Shown here piece after piece: positions 18,709-28,315 of a stretch of DNA of 64,000 nt. The translations under genes were made by a program, and so were the position numbers. Numbering within the stretch: position 1 is the stretch's first letter; every line of letters begins with the position of its first letter. The notes under the pieces are model-generated. The model saw only the letters and a program-made list of their open reading frames with translations, had not been told where the DNA came from and did not search any database. Location of the stretch: positions 372,001 to 436,000 of the forward strand of contig NZ_SBIV01000001.1 of NCBI RefSeq assembly GCF_004765795.1, read 5' to 3'. This stretch comes from Halorussus marinus. GTDB taxonomy: Archaea > Halobacteriota > Halobacteria > Halobacteriales > Haladaptataceae.

Positions 18709-19653
18709 ATGCTTCCTGACGAGGAGACAAACCGGGAGGGAGGGGGTTCGCCATCTGTCGAGGGGTCGAGCGATTCGCACGAGGAGACCGATCGTTCCAC
18801 CGAACGCGACTGTTCCGATTCCGACGACGTCCGCACCACCAGCCGTCGGTCGTACGTGAAACTGCTCGGCGGCGCCGTCGCCGTGACCGGACTGAGCGCC
18901 GGCCGAAACACCGCCACAGCGGTTCAGGAGGGCGGCCCGCCGAACCGCGCCGACAGGGTGATCGCGCTCGAAGACCGCTTCGAGGACGGGTCGCTCGACA
19001 GCGACACCTGGGAGACCGGCTGGGGGTGGGGGACCCGAACCCGGACGAGCCCGACCCGGATGGTGCCCGAGAACGTGACGGTGACCGACGGCCAGCTCAG
19101 GCTCGAAGCGAGCCACGAGGGCGGCAAGATCCTCTCAGGGTCGGTGAACACCAAGAACAAGGTGACCGTCGAGCCCGGCTCGTACTTCGAGGCGAAGATC
19201 AAGTTCCCCGACCGGGACGGATTTCTGCCGGCGTTCTGGGCCAAACCGAACGACGAGACCTGGCCGCCCGAGATCGACGTCGTCGAACTGTTCCAGAAGG
19301 GCGGCGGGCGCCCCGACACCCACTACTCTCACCACCACCTCCACTACTCGACTTCGACGAACCCCGGCGATAGGTCGACCTACGAGGGGATGGGCAAGTC
19401 CTACACGCCCGGCGACGACCTCACCCAGAACTTCCACGTCTACGGGGTCGACTGGCGGCGCGACCGGATCGTCCACTACGTCGACGGCGAGCCGGCGATG
19501 GTGACGACCGATCCGACGGTGCTGGACGCGATGGCGAAGGGCGCGCCGTTCTACCTGATGTGTACGCTCGAAGTCAACAAGATCGGAACCGCGCCGACCG
19601 ACGAGGAGTGGGACGAACAGTTCGTCGTCGACTGGACGCGAGTCTGGGAGTGA
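18709..19653 (+). CDS. Tat-exported glycoside hydrolase family 16 (copy 1)
   Basis: SRRSYVKLL Tat motif; PAFW...WPPEIDVVE catalytic ExDxxE; FHVYGVDW. Confidence 0.9.
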   Translation: MLPDEETNREGGGSPSVEGSSDSHEETDRSTERDCSDSDDVRTTSRRSYVKLLGGAVAVTGLSAGRNTATAVQEGGPPNRADRVIALEDRFEDGSLDSDTWETGWGWGTRTRTSPTRMVPENVTVTDGQLRLEASHEGGKILSGSVNTKNKVTVEPGSYFEAKIKFPDRDGFLPAFWAKPNDETWPPEIDVVELFQKGGGRPDTHYSHHHLHYSTSTNPGDRSTYEGMGKSYTPGDDLTQNFHVYGVDWRRDRIVHYVDGEPAMVTTDPTVLDAMAKGAPFYLMCTLEVNKIGTAPTDEEWDEQFVVDWTRVWE

Positions 19654-19702
19654 TCGGCTCGCGGCCAAACAGAAATAGAGCGGGTGTTCTGACCGAACGG
19701 GC

Positions 19703-20644
19703 CTACTGCTGCCAGACGCGCACCCACTCGGCGTCGAACGTCTCGCCCCACTGCTCGGAGCGGTCGGCCCGACCGAGCGAGCCGCTGAGGTCCCCGCCGA
19801 CGTTGATGTCGAGGTTCAGCTTGAGGTAGAAGGGCGCGCCCTTCCGGAACGACTCGAGTATCGTGCTGTCGGTCCAGGTTTTGATCTCTTGGCCGTCGAC
19901 GTAGTAGGTGATCCGGTCGTTTTGCCACTCGGCGGCGTAGACGTGGAAGTTCTGGGTGAGGTCGTCGCCGGGCTCGTGGAAGTGGCTGACCCGCTGGCTG
20001 GTCGAGTCGTCGCCGGGGGTCGTCGAGACCGAGTAGTGCATGAAGTGTCGGGACGTGTGGGTGTCGTCGCGACCGCTCCCGTCTTGGGCCAACTCGACGA
20101 CGTCGAGTTCGGGCGGCCAGTCGTTGGTCGCGGGCTGGCCCCAGAACGCGGGGTGGAAACCGACCCGATCGGGAAATCGGAGCTTGGCTTCGACGTAACT
20201 GCCGGGACCGAACTCGACGTTGCCTCTGGTGTGGACCCCGCCGCTCAACACCGAATCGCCGTCGTGGGTGCCCCGGAGGCGGAGGCCGGTGCCGTCGACG
20301 CTCACGTTTTCGGGAACGATCGTGGCGTCGCTGGCGGTCGACTCGTCGCCCCATCCCCAGCCGACGCTCCAGGCCGATTCGTCGAGCGATTCCGCGTCGA
20401 ACGTGTCTTCGAAGGCCGGCGACCACGAGTCGGGATTCGGCGGGCCGCCGTCGGTGTCTTGGGCGCCGAGGGCCGCCGTCGACCCGAGACCGATCGCGGC
20501 GAGACTTCCTCCGGACAGTCGGAGGAATCGCCGTCGGCTCGAACCGCGGTCGGCCTCGGCGTCGCTCGGGGGGCGCTGTTCGGACGGGGGCTGGTCGTCG
20601 CCGCGCTGCTGTGTCGCGTTAGGTAGGTTCTCTGACCGACGCAT
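19703..20644 (-). CDS. Tat-exported glycoside hydrolase family 16 (copy 2)
   Basis: SRRRFLRL Tat motif; WPPELDVVE; FHVYAAEW. Confidence 0.9.
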   Translation of the reverse strand: MRRSENLPNATQQRGDDQPPSEQRPPSDAEADRGSSRRRFLRLSGGSLAAIGLGSTAALGAQDTDGGPPNPDSWSPAFEDTFDAESLDESAWSVGWGWGDESTASDATIVPENVSVDGTGLRLRGTHDGDSVLSGGVHTRGNVEFGPGSYVEAKLRFPDRVGFHPAFWGQPATNDWPPELDVVELAQDGSGRDDTHTSRHFMHYSVSTTPGDDSTSQRVSHFHEPGDDLTQNFHVYAAEWQNDRITYYVDGQEIKTWTDSTILESFRKGAPFYLKLNLDINVGGDLSGSLGRADRSEQWGETFDAEWVRVWQQ

Positions 20645-21077
20645 ACGACTCGACTAACCACGGTCTTAGTTAAATTGATTTCGGGACATTGAATTAGTAG
20701 GCCGCAACTGCGATTCCCAAACCCTGCATTTCCGGATTTCAACCGCGCGTTGCGATCGTCGGACGAGCCCGCGCGGTCCCGGCTGATCGGTAACGTCCCG
20801 TTTCCTGACGGCAGGCGGCGAAGCGCGGCCGAGTTCCTTGCAATACGTTGACGAGCACCTAGACTCGGAGTAACGCGGGAGGCCGGGTTCGACGAACGAC
20901 CGGTACCGGCGGTCTCCGGCCGGTAATGTGAGCTTACCGGACCGTTGTGCCGGGACGGAACGGTCAACGTTCCGTTTCCGATACCGCGCGGCCCCGGTAG
21001 CTTACACTTAAATCCTAGACCTGTCATTGAAGATTTCCGGAAGCTATATCAATGGCCGGTTAACCATTGAAAATTGC

Positions 21078-22571
21078 ATGGCACGCGACGATACTGCACG
21101 CGAACGCTCCCCCGAAACGACCGCCCCCGACAACCGCGAGAACGACTCGAAGCTCCTCGGCCGCCGCGAGTACATGCGGCTGGCAGGCGCGAGCGTCGCC
21201 GCGCTCGGTCTCGGTGCCTCCTCGGCCACGGCCGACGAGGGCGGCCCCGAGAACTCCGACGACTGGGAACTGGCCTTCGAGGACCAGTTCGACGCCGGCT
21301 CGCTCGACACCGACAAGTGGAGCGTCGGCTTCGGCTGGGGTCGCACCACGAACTCCCCCGAGCGCATCGTCGACCGCAACGTCTGGGTCGAAAACGAGCG
21401 CCTCCACCTCAAGGTGACCCACGACGGCGGCTCGGGGTCGGTGTACGCGGGCGCCGTCAACACCAAGAACAAGGTCACGTACGGCCCGGGCACCTACTGG
21501 GAAGCCCGACTGCGTACCCCCGACCGCCACGGCCTCCTCCCGGCGTTCTGGGCGAAGTCCAACACCGAGCAGTGGCCCCCGGAGATCGACTTCTTCGAGA
21601 TGCTCGGCAACGACCCCACCTCCTCGCACCACAACGTCCACTACGACAGCACGGGCGGGATGGGCGGCAACCACTCGGAGCTCAAGATGCACAATCCCGA
21701 CCTCGGCTCGACGACCGACTTCCACGTCTACGGCTGTGCGTGGTACGACGACCGAGTCGAGATGTACGTCGACGGCCAGCTCGTGGGCACCCACGACGAC
21801 CCGACCGCGATGGAGTCGCTGCGGACGGGCGCGCCGTTCTACATGATGCTCAACATCCACGTCGGCCGGACGGGCACCCCCGACTACAGCGAGTCGTGGG
21901 GCGACCAGATGGACGTCGACTGGGTCCGGGTCTGGGAGCAGTCCTCGAACGACGGTTCGAGCACGGACACCTCGTCGACCGACACCGAGGAGACGACCGA
22001 TCTCCCGAACACGCTGAGCGTCAGCGGCGACGGCTCCGAGTCGGTCTCCTACAGTTTCAGCGTCACCGACACGATCGAGAAGAGCACGGCGCGAGACGGG
22101 AGCATCTCCCCCGAGGACACGATCGACAGCGGTGACGTCGAAGGTATCGTCGCCGGGGGAACCGACAGCTACGACTACGCGGGCCGGATCTCGTCGTTCA
22201 GCGTCGACGGGAGCGCGACGATCTACCGGAACGGCGACCGGGTCTCGGCGTCGTCGCTCGGGAGCACCTCGACTCAGACCACCGACGACGCCACCGCCGG
22301 GGACGCCGACTCCTCGCTCCCCAATCTGGTCGTCGTCGACGGCTCGAACGCACCCAACCGAGTCACCTCATACACGTTCGAGGTGGACGGCGACGTCGCC
22401 AAGGACCCCGAGCACGGATCGATCAACGCCTTCGACGACATTTCCGACGGCACGGTCTCCGGGCGAGTCGTCGGCGGCAAGGACGCCTACCGCTTTGCCG
22501 GCGAGATCACCCGGTTCGAGACCGACGGCGCGGCGTTCGTCTCGGTGCAGGACAGCGCCGACTCGAACTGA
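21078..22571 (+). CDS. Tat-exported GH16 (copy 3) with a duplicated C-terminal domain
   Basis: GRREYMRL Tat motif; WPPEIDFFE; Ser/Thr linker then two LPN...GGxDxY repeats. Confidence 0.88.
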   Translation: MARDDTARERSPETTAPDNRENDSKLLGRREYMRLAGASVAALGLGASSATADEGGPENSDDWELAFEDQFDAGSLDTDKWSVGFGWGRTTNSPERIVDRNVWVENERLHLKVTHDGGSGSVYAGAVNTKNKVTYGPGTYWEARLRTPDRHGLLPAFWAKSNTEQWPPEIDFFEMLGNDPTSSHHNVHYDSTGGMGGNHSELKMHNPDLGSTTDFHVYGCAWYDDRVEMYVDGQLVGTHDDPTAMESLRTGAPFYMMLNIHVGRTGTPDYSESWGDQMDVDWVRVWEQSSNDGSSTDTSSTDTEETTDLPNTLSVSGDGSESVSYSFSVTDTIEKSTARDGSISPEDTIDSGDVEGIVAGGTDSYDYAGRISSFSVDGSATIYRNGDRVSASSLGSTSTQTTDDATAGDADSSLPNLVVVDGSNAPNRVTSYTFEVDGDVAKDPEHGSINAFDDISDGTVSGRVVGGKDAYRFAGEITRFETDGAAFVSVQDSADSN

Positions 22572-22687
22572 GGGTCCGGCTCGGGGGACCGGTCCCCGAT
22601 CCCACGACGACGCCCTCCCGTCGTCCGAGTCCCCGTTTCGACTCCGCCCGCCCAAACTGTTTTGAGCGACCCCGTTGGCTCCTAACC

Positions 22688-23689
22688 GTGGAGGAAAACG
22701 TGTCCGACGACGCAGACGGTCCGCTCGTGTCCTACATTCTGGCGACCTACGGTCGGCCCGACGAGCTCAGAGACGCCGTCGACTCGATCGTCGACCAGAC
22801 GTATCGGCCTCTCGAGATCGTCGTGGTGGGCGACACCAGCGACGAGGTCCGCCGGCTCTTCGAGTCGGGGGGCCGCTTCGACGAGGAGTGGATCCACTAC
22901 CACCGAAACACCGAGCGACGCGGCCCGGGCTACGCCAAGAACATCGCTTACGAGCACGCGACCGGCGACATCGTCGTCCAGATCGACGACGACGCCACGC
23001 TCGTCGACGACGACGCGACCGAGACGGTGGTCTCGCTGTTCGAGGACCACGAGGACGTCGGCATCCTCGCGTTCCAGAGCCGGAACGCCGACACCGACGA
23101 GGTGAAACTCGACGAGACACCCGACCCGCCGGAGTTCCACATGACCCCGACCGAGCCCTACCGAGCGACCAACTTCGTCGGGGTCGGCTGTGCGTTCCGC
23201 CGGGCGGCGATCGAGGCGGCCGGCGGGCTCTACCCGGACAACTTCACCTACGGGTTCGAGGAGATGGATCTCTCGCTGCGCGTCCACGACACGGGCTACG
23301 ACATCCTCTACACCCCGTCGATCGCGGTCGCCCACAAGAAGTCCCCGGGCGCGCGCCGCGAGACGACCGAGACGCAGGTGCGACTGGTCGAGAGCCGGAT
23401 CAAGCTCGCGGTCCGGAATCTCCCGTGGCGCTACGTCGCGTTCACCGCGCTGGGGTGGTCGGTGTACGCGCTCGCGCTCACCCGGAGCCCGGCGGCGCTG
23501 GCGGCTGTCCTCCGGGGCGTCTACGAGGACCGCCGGGAGCTACTGGCCGAGCGACGCGTCGTCGACGATCGGACGATCGCCCGGATCAAGTCCCGGAAGA
23601 CGATGCTTTACTTCTGGTGGTACGGACCCCACCCGGGCCGAATCCTGCCGCCGAACGGGAACCTCGACCGGCTGAAGTGGGAGGCCTGA
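22688..23689 (+). CDS. Glycosyltransferase family 2
   Basis: LVSYILATYGR, VQIDDD (DxD) and GFEEMDLSLR. Confidence 0.9.
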   Translation: MEENVSDDADGPLVSYILATYGRPDELRDAVDSIVDQTYRPLEIVVVGDTSDEVRRLFESGGRFDEEWIHYHRNTERRGPGYAKNIAYEHATGDIVVQIDDDATLVDDDATETVVSLFEDHEDVGILAFQSRNADTDEVKLDETPDPPEFHMTPTEPYRATNFVGVGCAFRRAAIEAAGGLYPDNFTYGFEEMDLSLRVHDTGYDILYTPSIAVAHKKSPGARRETTETQVRLVESRIKLAVRNLPWRYVAFTALGWSVYALALTRSPAALAAVLRGVYEDRRELLAERRVVDDRTIARIKSRKTMLYFWWYGPHPGRILPPNGNLDRLKWEA

Positions 23690-23697
23690 CCGGTCGG

Positions 23698-24879
23698 TCA
23701 CTGGACGACCGGCGACGCGTCGACGTCGACTCGCGAGACCTCACGGTACAGATCGAGGTGCCGGCGCGCGATGGACTCCCACGAGAGCTCTTCTGCCATC
23801 CGGCGGCTGTTTCTCGCCATCCGGTCGCTCGCTTCGGGGTCGGTCAGAACCGACACGAGCGCCTCGGCGAGTCGCTCGGGGTCCTCGGGCGGGACCACGA
23901 CCCCGGCGCCCGATCGCTCGACGAGTTCGGGGAAGTCGCCCGCCGACGTCGAGACGACCGGCTTGCCGAACGAGAAGGCGGTCGCTAGCGCGCCGCTGTG
24001 GCCCTTCGTCCCGTCCTGCTCGCGGTACGGGAGCGCGACGACCTCCGACCGAGCGAAAAAGCGCTTTACCTCCTCGTTGGGCACGAAGTAGTTGTGTATC
24101 TCGAAGCTCTCGGGGTGGTCGTCGATGATCGCCCGCGACCCCGCGGTGATGCGGCCGTCGCCGGCGACGAGGAGTTCGACGTCCGGGAGCTCGCGTTTCA
24201 CCAGCGGGATCGCCTCGATCAGCGTGTCGAGGCCCTTCGGCGGGACGACGTTGCCGAAAAAAAGCACCGTGTTGGGCCGGGTCTCGACGTCGGTGTCCTC
24301 GCTGTCCCCGAACACCGAGTAGGCGCCGTGAGGGATGACCTCGATCCGGTCGCCCCCTCTGTTCTGGCGCCGGAGCGCTCGCTTCTGGTTTTCGGTGTGG
24401 ACCACCACGCCGTCGACGTCGAGGTCGGGCAGGGCGCTGTTTATGAGTTCCTCGACGAACACCGGCGGTCGCGACAGCGAGAAGGGATCGCTTGGCACCT
24501 CGTGGTGGGTCACGACCAGCGGCCCCAGTTCGTCGATCCGGTGGAGCCACGAGAACAGTTTGACCTGCGGAAAGAGACCGGTGGTGATGTGGGTGACGTC
24601 GGTCTCGATCTCCGCGACGCGCTTCAGGTTGTTGTACGAGAGCAGTCCCCGGACGAACTCGACGGGGTCGACGTTCAGGTTGTAGAGGTTCGGCATCGAG
24701 ACGCTGATCGAGCCGAACGCCTCCACGAGCTCGATCTCGTCGACGAACAGGTCGTCGGCGGTCGTCTCGGCCGGTTTCATCACCGTGACCTCGGCGTGTT
24801 CGGTCATGGCGTTGGCGAGTTCGGCGGTGTAGTGGGGCAGTCCCCCGGCGTTCTGTCCGATGACGTAGAGCACCTTCAT
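23698..24879 (-). CDS. Glycosyltransferase family 4
   Basis: VIPHG, FFGNVVPPKGLD, ALPY...SGALATAFSFGKPVV. Confidence 0.9.
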   Translation of the reverse strand: MKVLYVIGQNAGGLPHYTAELANAMTEHAEVTVMKPAETTADDLFVDEIELVEAFGSISVSMPNLYNLNVDPVEFVRGLLSYNNLKRVAEIETDVTHITTGLFPQVKLFSWLHRIDELGPLVVTHHEVPSDPFSLSRPPVFVEELINSALPDLDVDGVVVHTENQKRALRRQNRGGDRIEVIPHGAYSVFGDSEDTDVETRPNTVLFFGNVVPPKGLDTLIEAIPLVKRELPDVELLVAGDGRITAGSRAIIDDHPESFEIHNYFVPNEEVKRFFARSEVVALPYREQDGTKGHSGALATAFSFGKPVVSTSAGDFPELVERSGAGVVVPPEDPERLAEALVSVLTDPEASDRMARNSRRMAEELSWESIARRHLDLYREVSRVDVDASPVVQ

Positions 24880-24883
24880 GAGC

Positions 24884-25948
24884 TCAGAGGCTGATGGACT
24901 GCCGGAGGTGCGGGCCGACCAGCCGCGTCACCGGGATCGGGAGCTTCTTCCAGACGTCTTTGACCGGCTCGTAGGCGTCCTTTTCGGGGTGGGGAAGCTC
25001 CGCGGAGGGGTTCGGGAAGTAGTGGAGGTCGCTGTACCACGTCTTCTCGCCGCCGAAGCTCTTCTTGAACATGTAGACGCCCGACCCCTCGCGGGTCCGG
25101 CCGAACTCGTAGGCGTCGTAGTCGCTCTCGGCGGCCCACTCCATCGACTTCCAGACGAGGAGACTGCCGCCGTTCAGGTCGCGGTACTCGTAGTCGTTGA
25201 CGACGCCCCACTGGGTGACCGTCGACCCGAGCGCGAGGTTGATCACGGCGTTCACGAGCACGCCGTCCTTCCGAAGCATCTCCATCCGGAGATTCCCGGA
25301 CTCGCCGAGGGTCTCCCACAGCGTCCGGAAGAACGCGAACGAGTGGGGCGGGCTTCCGTGTCCGCGCACCGACCGCAGGTAGAGCCGGTAGTACTCTCGG
25401 AGGTCCGCGAGCGAGTCGCCGACGTCGTGGACCATCTCGGAGTCGGCCGCCTGCGTGATCTGGCGCCGTCGGCTCTCTTTGATTCTCTCCCACGCGTCGT
25501 CGGCGCTCGCGACCGGCGCCCGGAACGTGACGAATCGAGTCCGTTCCTCGAACCCCCGACGGGCGTCGGTGTCCCCGCCACGGAGGCTCACGAAGTCGAC
25601 GTCGAGCGCCTCGGCCAGTTCCTTCGTCCGTTCGAGGAGAAACGACGCCACGTCGTCGTCGGTCCCGTCGGCGAGCAGGATCGACCCGCGCTCGCCGAAC
25701 GGGGGCGACACCAGCTTCGACCCGAACAGCCGGCTCCGGACGTAGAACAGCGGCACCCCGCCGACGATCCGGTCGCCGTCTTTCGCGACCACGTACCACC
25801 GGTCGTGTCCGTACGTCTCGACGGCGTCTCCCCATCCCCAGAGCGCGAACGGCGACCCGTCGTTTCGGGCGACGAACGCGTCCCACGCCTCGGGATCGGC
25901 GCACCGTTCGGCGGTTAACTGCGCTTTCGCTTGCGATTGAACTGTCAT
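24884..25948 (-). CDS. FemAB-related GNAT (resembles the PEP-CTERM-locus FemAB-like family)
   Basis: SRLFGSKLVSPPF, HGSPPHS, YEFGRTREGSGVYMFKKSFG, WKKLPIP. Confidence 0.85.
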   Translation of the reverse strand: MTVQSQAKAQLTAERCADPEAWDAFVARNDGSPFALWGWGDAVETYGHDRWYVVAKDGDRIVGGVPLFYVRSRLFGSKLVSPPFGERGSILLADGTDDDVASFLLERTKELAEALDVDFVSLRGGDTDARRGFEERTRFVTFRAPVASADDAWERIKESRRRQITQAADSEMVHDVGDSLADLREYYRLYLRSVRGHGSPPHSFAFFRTLWETLGESGNLRMEMLRKDGVLVNAVINLALGSTVTQWGVVNDYEYRDLNGGSLLVWKSMEWAAESDYDAYEFGRTREGSGVYMFKKSFGGEKTWYSDLHYFPNPSAELPHPEKDAYEPVKDVWKKLPIPVTRLVGPHLRQSISL

Positions 25949-25952
25949 AGTT

Positions 25953-26879
25953 TCACTCCAAATCGTTGGCCCCGACTGCTCGTTCGACGTCAGAACCGCC
26001 CGAATCGAGCAGAGCTTCCTGTTCGAGGACGCTCCGAGCCGTATTAAAGCTGAAGGCCGACAGCAGTCCGTCGAGCTTGGATTCGAGGCCCTCGACCCCG
26101 TGGAAGCTCACGAACCGCTTGTGGGGCCGAAGCGACTCGACCTCGATGGCGGGGTTGAACTCCCACGGGTGAAAGTAGAGGTTGGCGGGGATCCCCCGAC
26201 GATTGAGCCGCCTGATCCCCCACTTCAGGAGGCGCTCGGGAAGCACCCGGCCGTAGAAGCCCCCGGCGATCGGGAGCCGGAGGACCGACCCGATCGCCGC
26301 CAGCGGCGACTCGACCAGCGACCGGAGCGCCTCGCGGTTCGATCCGATCCGGAACGGGTCGTCGACCGGGACGGTGTACGGCCGTCGCGGCGCGTCGGGC
26401 ACGCCGTACATCGGCGTCTTGACCGGGAACACGCTCGAATCGTACCGGAACCCCGCCGACTCCAGAACGTCGAACGCCCACTCGGTCTCTCGGGTCACCG
26501 AGAAGTTGGGCGCGCGAAACCCCTCGGGCTCGACGCCGGTCGCGCGTTCGATCGCGCCCGAGGACCGTTCGAGTTCGGTCTCGAACGCGGCGGGCGAAAG
26601 CTCGAACAGCGGCGTGTGGGTGTGGCCGTGCGAGCCGATCTCGTGGCCCTCCGAGCGCACCCGGTCGATCAGGTCCGGGTACTCCTCGGCGACCTCGCCG
26701 ACCACGAAGAACGTGGCGGTCACGCCGTGTTTTCTCAGCAGATTCAACACGATGTCGACCGACTCCTCGATCCGGTCGACTGGGTCCTCGAGGGCGGAAC
26801 TGAGCAGGGTCGCGGAGTGCCAGTGTTCGAGATCGAAGCTTAGCACATTAGTTTTAGAAGTGCCATTGAAACTCGTCAT
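25953..26879 (-). CDS. Polysaccharide deacetylase (CE4, DUF3473-type C-terminus)
   Basis: SFDLEHW, ATFFV, HEIGSHGHTH, GFRAPNFS, YDSS, GGFY and YFHPWE motifs. Confidence 0.92.
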   Translation of the reverse strand: MTSFNGTSKTNVLSFDLEHWHSATLLSSALEDPVDRIEESVDIVLNLLRKHGVTATFFVVGEVAEEYPDLIDRVRSEGHEIGSHGHTHTPLFELSPAAFETELERSSGAIERATGVEPEGFRAPNFSVTRETEWAFDVLESAGFRYDSSVFPVKTPMYGVPDAPRRPYTVPVDDPFRIGSNREALRSLVESPLAAIGSVLRLPIAGGFYGRVLPERLLKWGIRRLNRRGIPANLYFHPWEFNPAIEVESLRPHKRFVSFHGVEGLESKLDGLLSAFSFNTARSVLEQEALLDSGGSDVERAVGANDLE

Positions 26880-26970
26880 GTGTCGGGTCGAAGATGTCGA
26901 CTGATCCGAACATAAAGCTACGCATCGGGCGGCCGCAAGCGTTTAGCGCCGCGGTGTTGCGGAGAGTGCC

Positions 26971-28218
26971 ATGAACCAACGAAGCCCGCTGTCGACCCTC
27001 GCGACGGCCGATTCGGTCGACAACGTCGTGGTGTTCGTCTCCGACGCGCTCCGGTTCGACTTCCTCCCCGAGTCCGTCCGCGAACTGGGGGTGACCGCGA
27101 AGGCGATCGCACCGAGCACGTTCACCGCGTCGGGACTCCCCTCGCTGTTGACCGGACAGTACCCCGCGACCCACAAAGTCTGGATGTTCGACGACCAGCT
27201 CCGCGAGCGACCCCCGTTGCTCCGAGAAGACGGCGTCGACGTCGGGTTCGACGCCGAGGGCGTGTGGATCAAGCTCCCGTCAGCGGAGAAACCGCCCCTG
27301 AAGATCCACCACGTCAAGACCGAATCGAAGCTCGCGGACGTGGCGTCGCCGTTCGTCCACGTCGTCCACGACATCGGCCCGCACGCGCCGTACGGCTTCG
27401 AGAACGACGTGTTCGATTCGACCAAGGAGTACTTCCGGAGCTACGAGCGCGACCGCCCCGCGCTGGTCGAACTCTATCGCCAGGACTGTCGGAACTCCGC
27501 AGAGCGGTTCCGGGCGATGTACGACCAACTCGTCGACCGGGGGCTCCTCGAAGACACGCTCGTCGTCTTCACCAGCGACCACGGTCAGTCGCTGGGCGAG
27601 TGGTCGAACGGCGGGCGGTTCGGTCACGGCCACCCCCTGTGTCCCGAGAACGTCGAGATTCCGGTCGTGTTCATGGGCGCGGGCCTCCCGGAGGGCGAGA
27701 CCTACCCCGGGCTCGTGAGCGGGACCGACGTCGTCCCGACCGCGCTGTCGGCGCAGGGCCGGCGGGTCCCAGACGACGCCGACGGGCTCGACCTCTGGGA
27801 GGGCGTCCCGACTCCCGACCGGAAAGTCCGCTCGGACGTGTGGCAACACCTCGAAGTCGGCGCGCGCGGCTACGCGACCGACGTGTCGGTGTACGCCGCG
27901 ACCTCGGCGTGGGACGACACCGGCGGCTACGTGTTCCACCGCCACTCGACCGCCGAGCGACTCGCCGCCACGTTCTACGACAACGTCTTCCGGGGCTACG
28001 GGCCGGCGTGGCGCCACAATGCCACGCTCGGGAAGGCGGTCGCCCTGTTCAATCTCATGGTCGCCGAGAGCCTGACCTACCGGACCCCGGAGTTCTCGGA
28101 GGCAGAGGCGAGGCGTGCAGTCCCCGACGAGTTCGAGGAGGCCGCCCACGAGTTCGCCGACGCGTCGCTCAGCGGCGATCAGGAGTCCCAGCTTCGGGAT
28201 CTCGGCTACCTCCAGTAG
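26971..28218 (+). CDS. Sulfatase-like/AlkP superfamily hydrolase or transferase
   Basis: SDALR, TFTASGLPSLLTG, PHAPY, TSDHG and GHG motifs, C-terminal LRDLGYLQ. Confidence 0.85.
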   Translation: MNQRSPLSTLATADSVDNVVVFVSDALRFDFLPESVRELGVTAKAIAPSTFTASGLPSLLTGQYPATHKVWMFDDQLRERPPLLREDGVDVGFDAEGVWIKLPSAEKPPLKIHHVKTESKLADVASPFVHVVHDIGPHAPYGFENDVFDSTKEYFRSYERDRPALVELYRQDCRNSAERFRAMYDQLVDRGLLEDTLVVFTSDHGQSLGEWSNGGRFGHGHPLCPENVEIPVVFMGAGLPEGETYPGLVSGTDVVPTALSAQGRRVPDDADGLDLWEGVPTPDRKVRSDVWQHLEVGARGYATDVSVYAATSAWDDTGGYVFHRHSTAERLAATFYDNVFRGYGPAWRHNATLGKAVALFNLMVAESLTYRTPEFSEAEARRAVPDEFEEAAHEFADASLSGDQESQLRDLGYLQ

Positions 28219-28315
28219 CGGCCGGTGTGCGGGCGGCGTCTCACCCGGAAATCCCCGTTTCGCCTTAGCTACCCTATCTTTCAGCCGTCACATTAATCAC
28301 CGCCAGTGTGGTCGG

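Noticed and set aside
22580..22600. GGGGACCGGTCCCC palindrome after GH16 copy 3 as a terminator
   Set aside because: No adjacent T-tract, and short GC palindromes are common here, so support is insufficient
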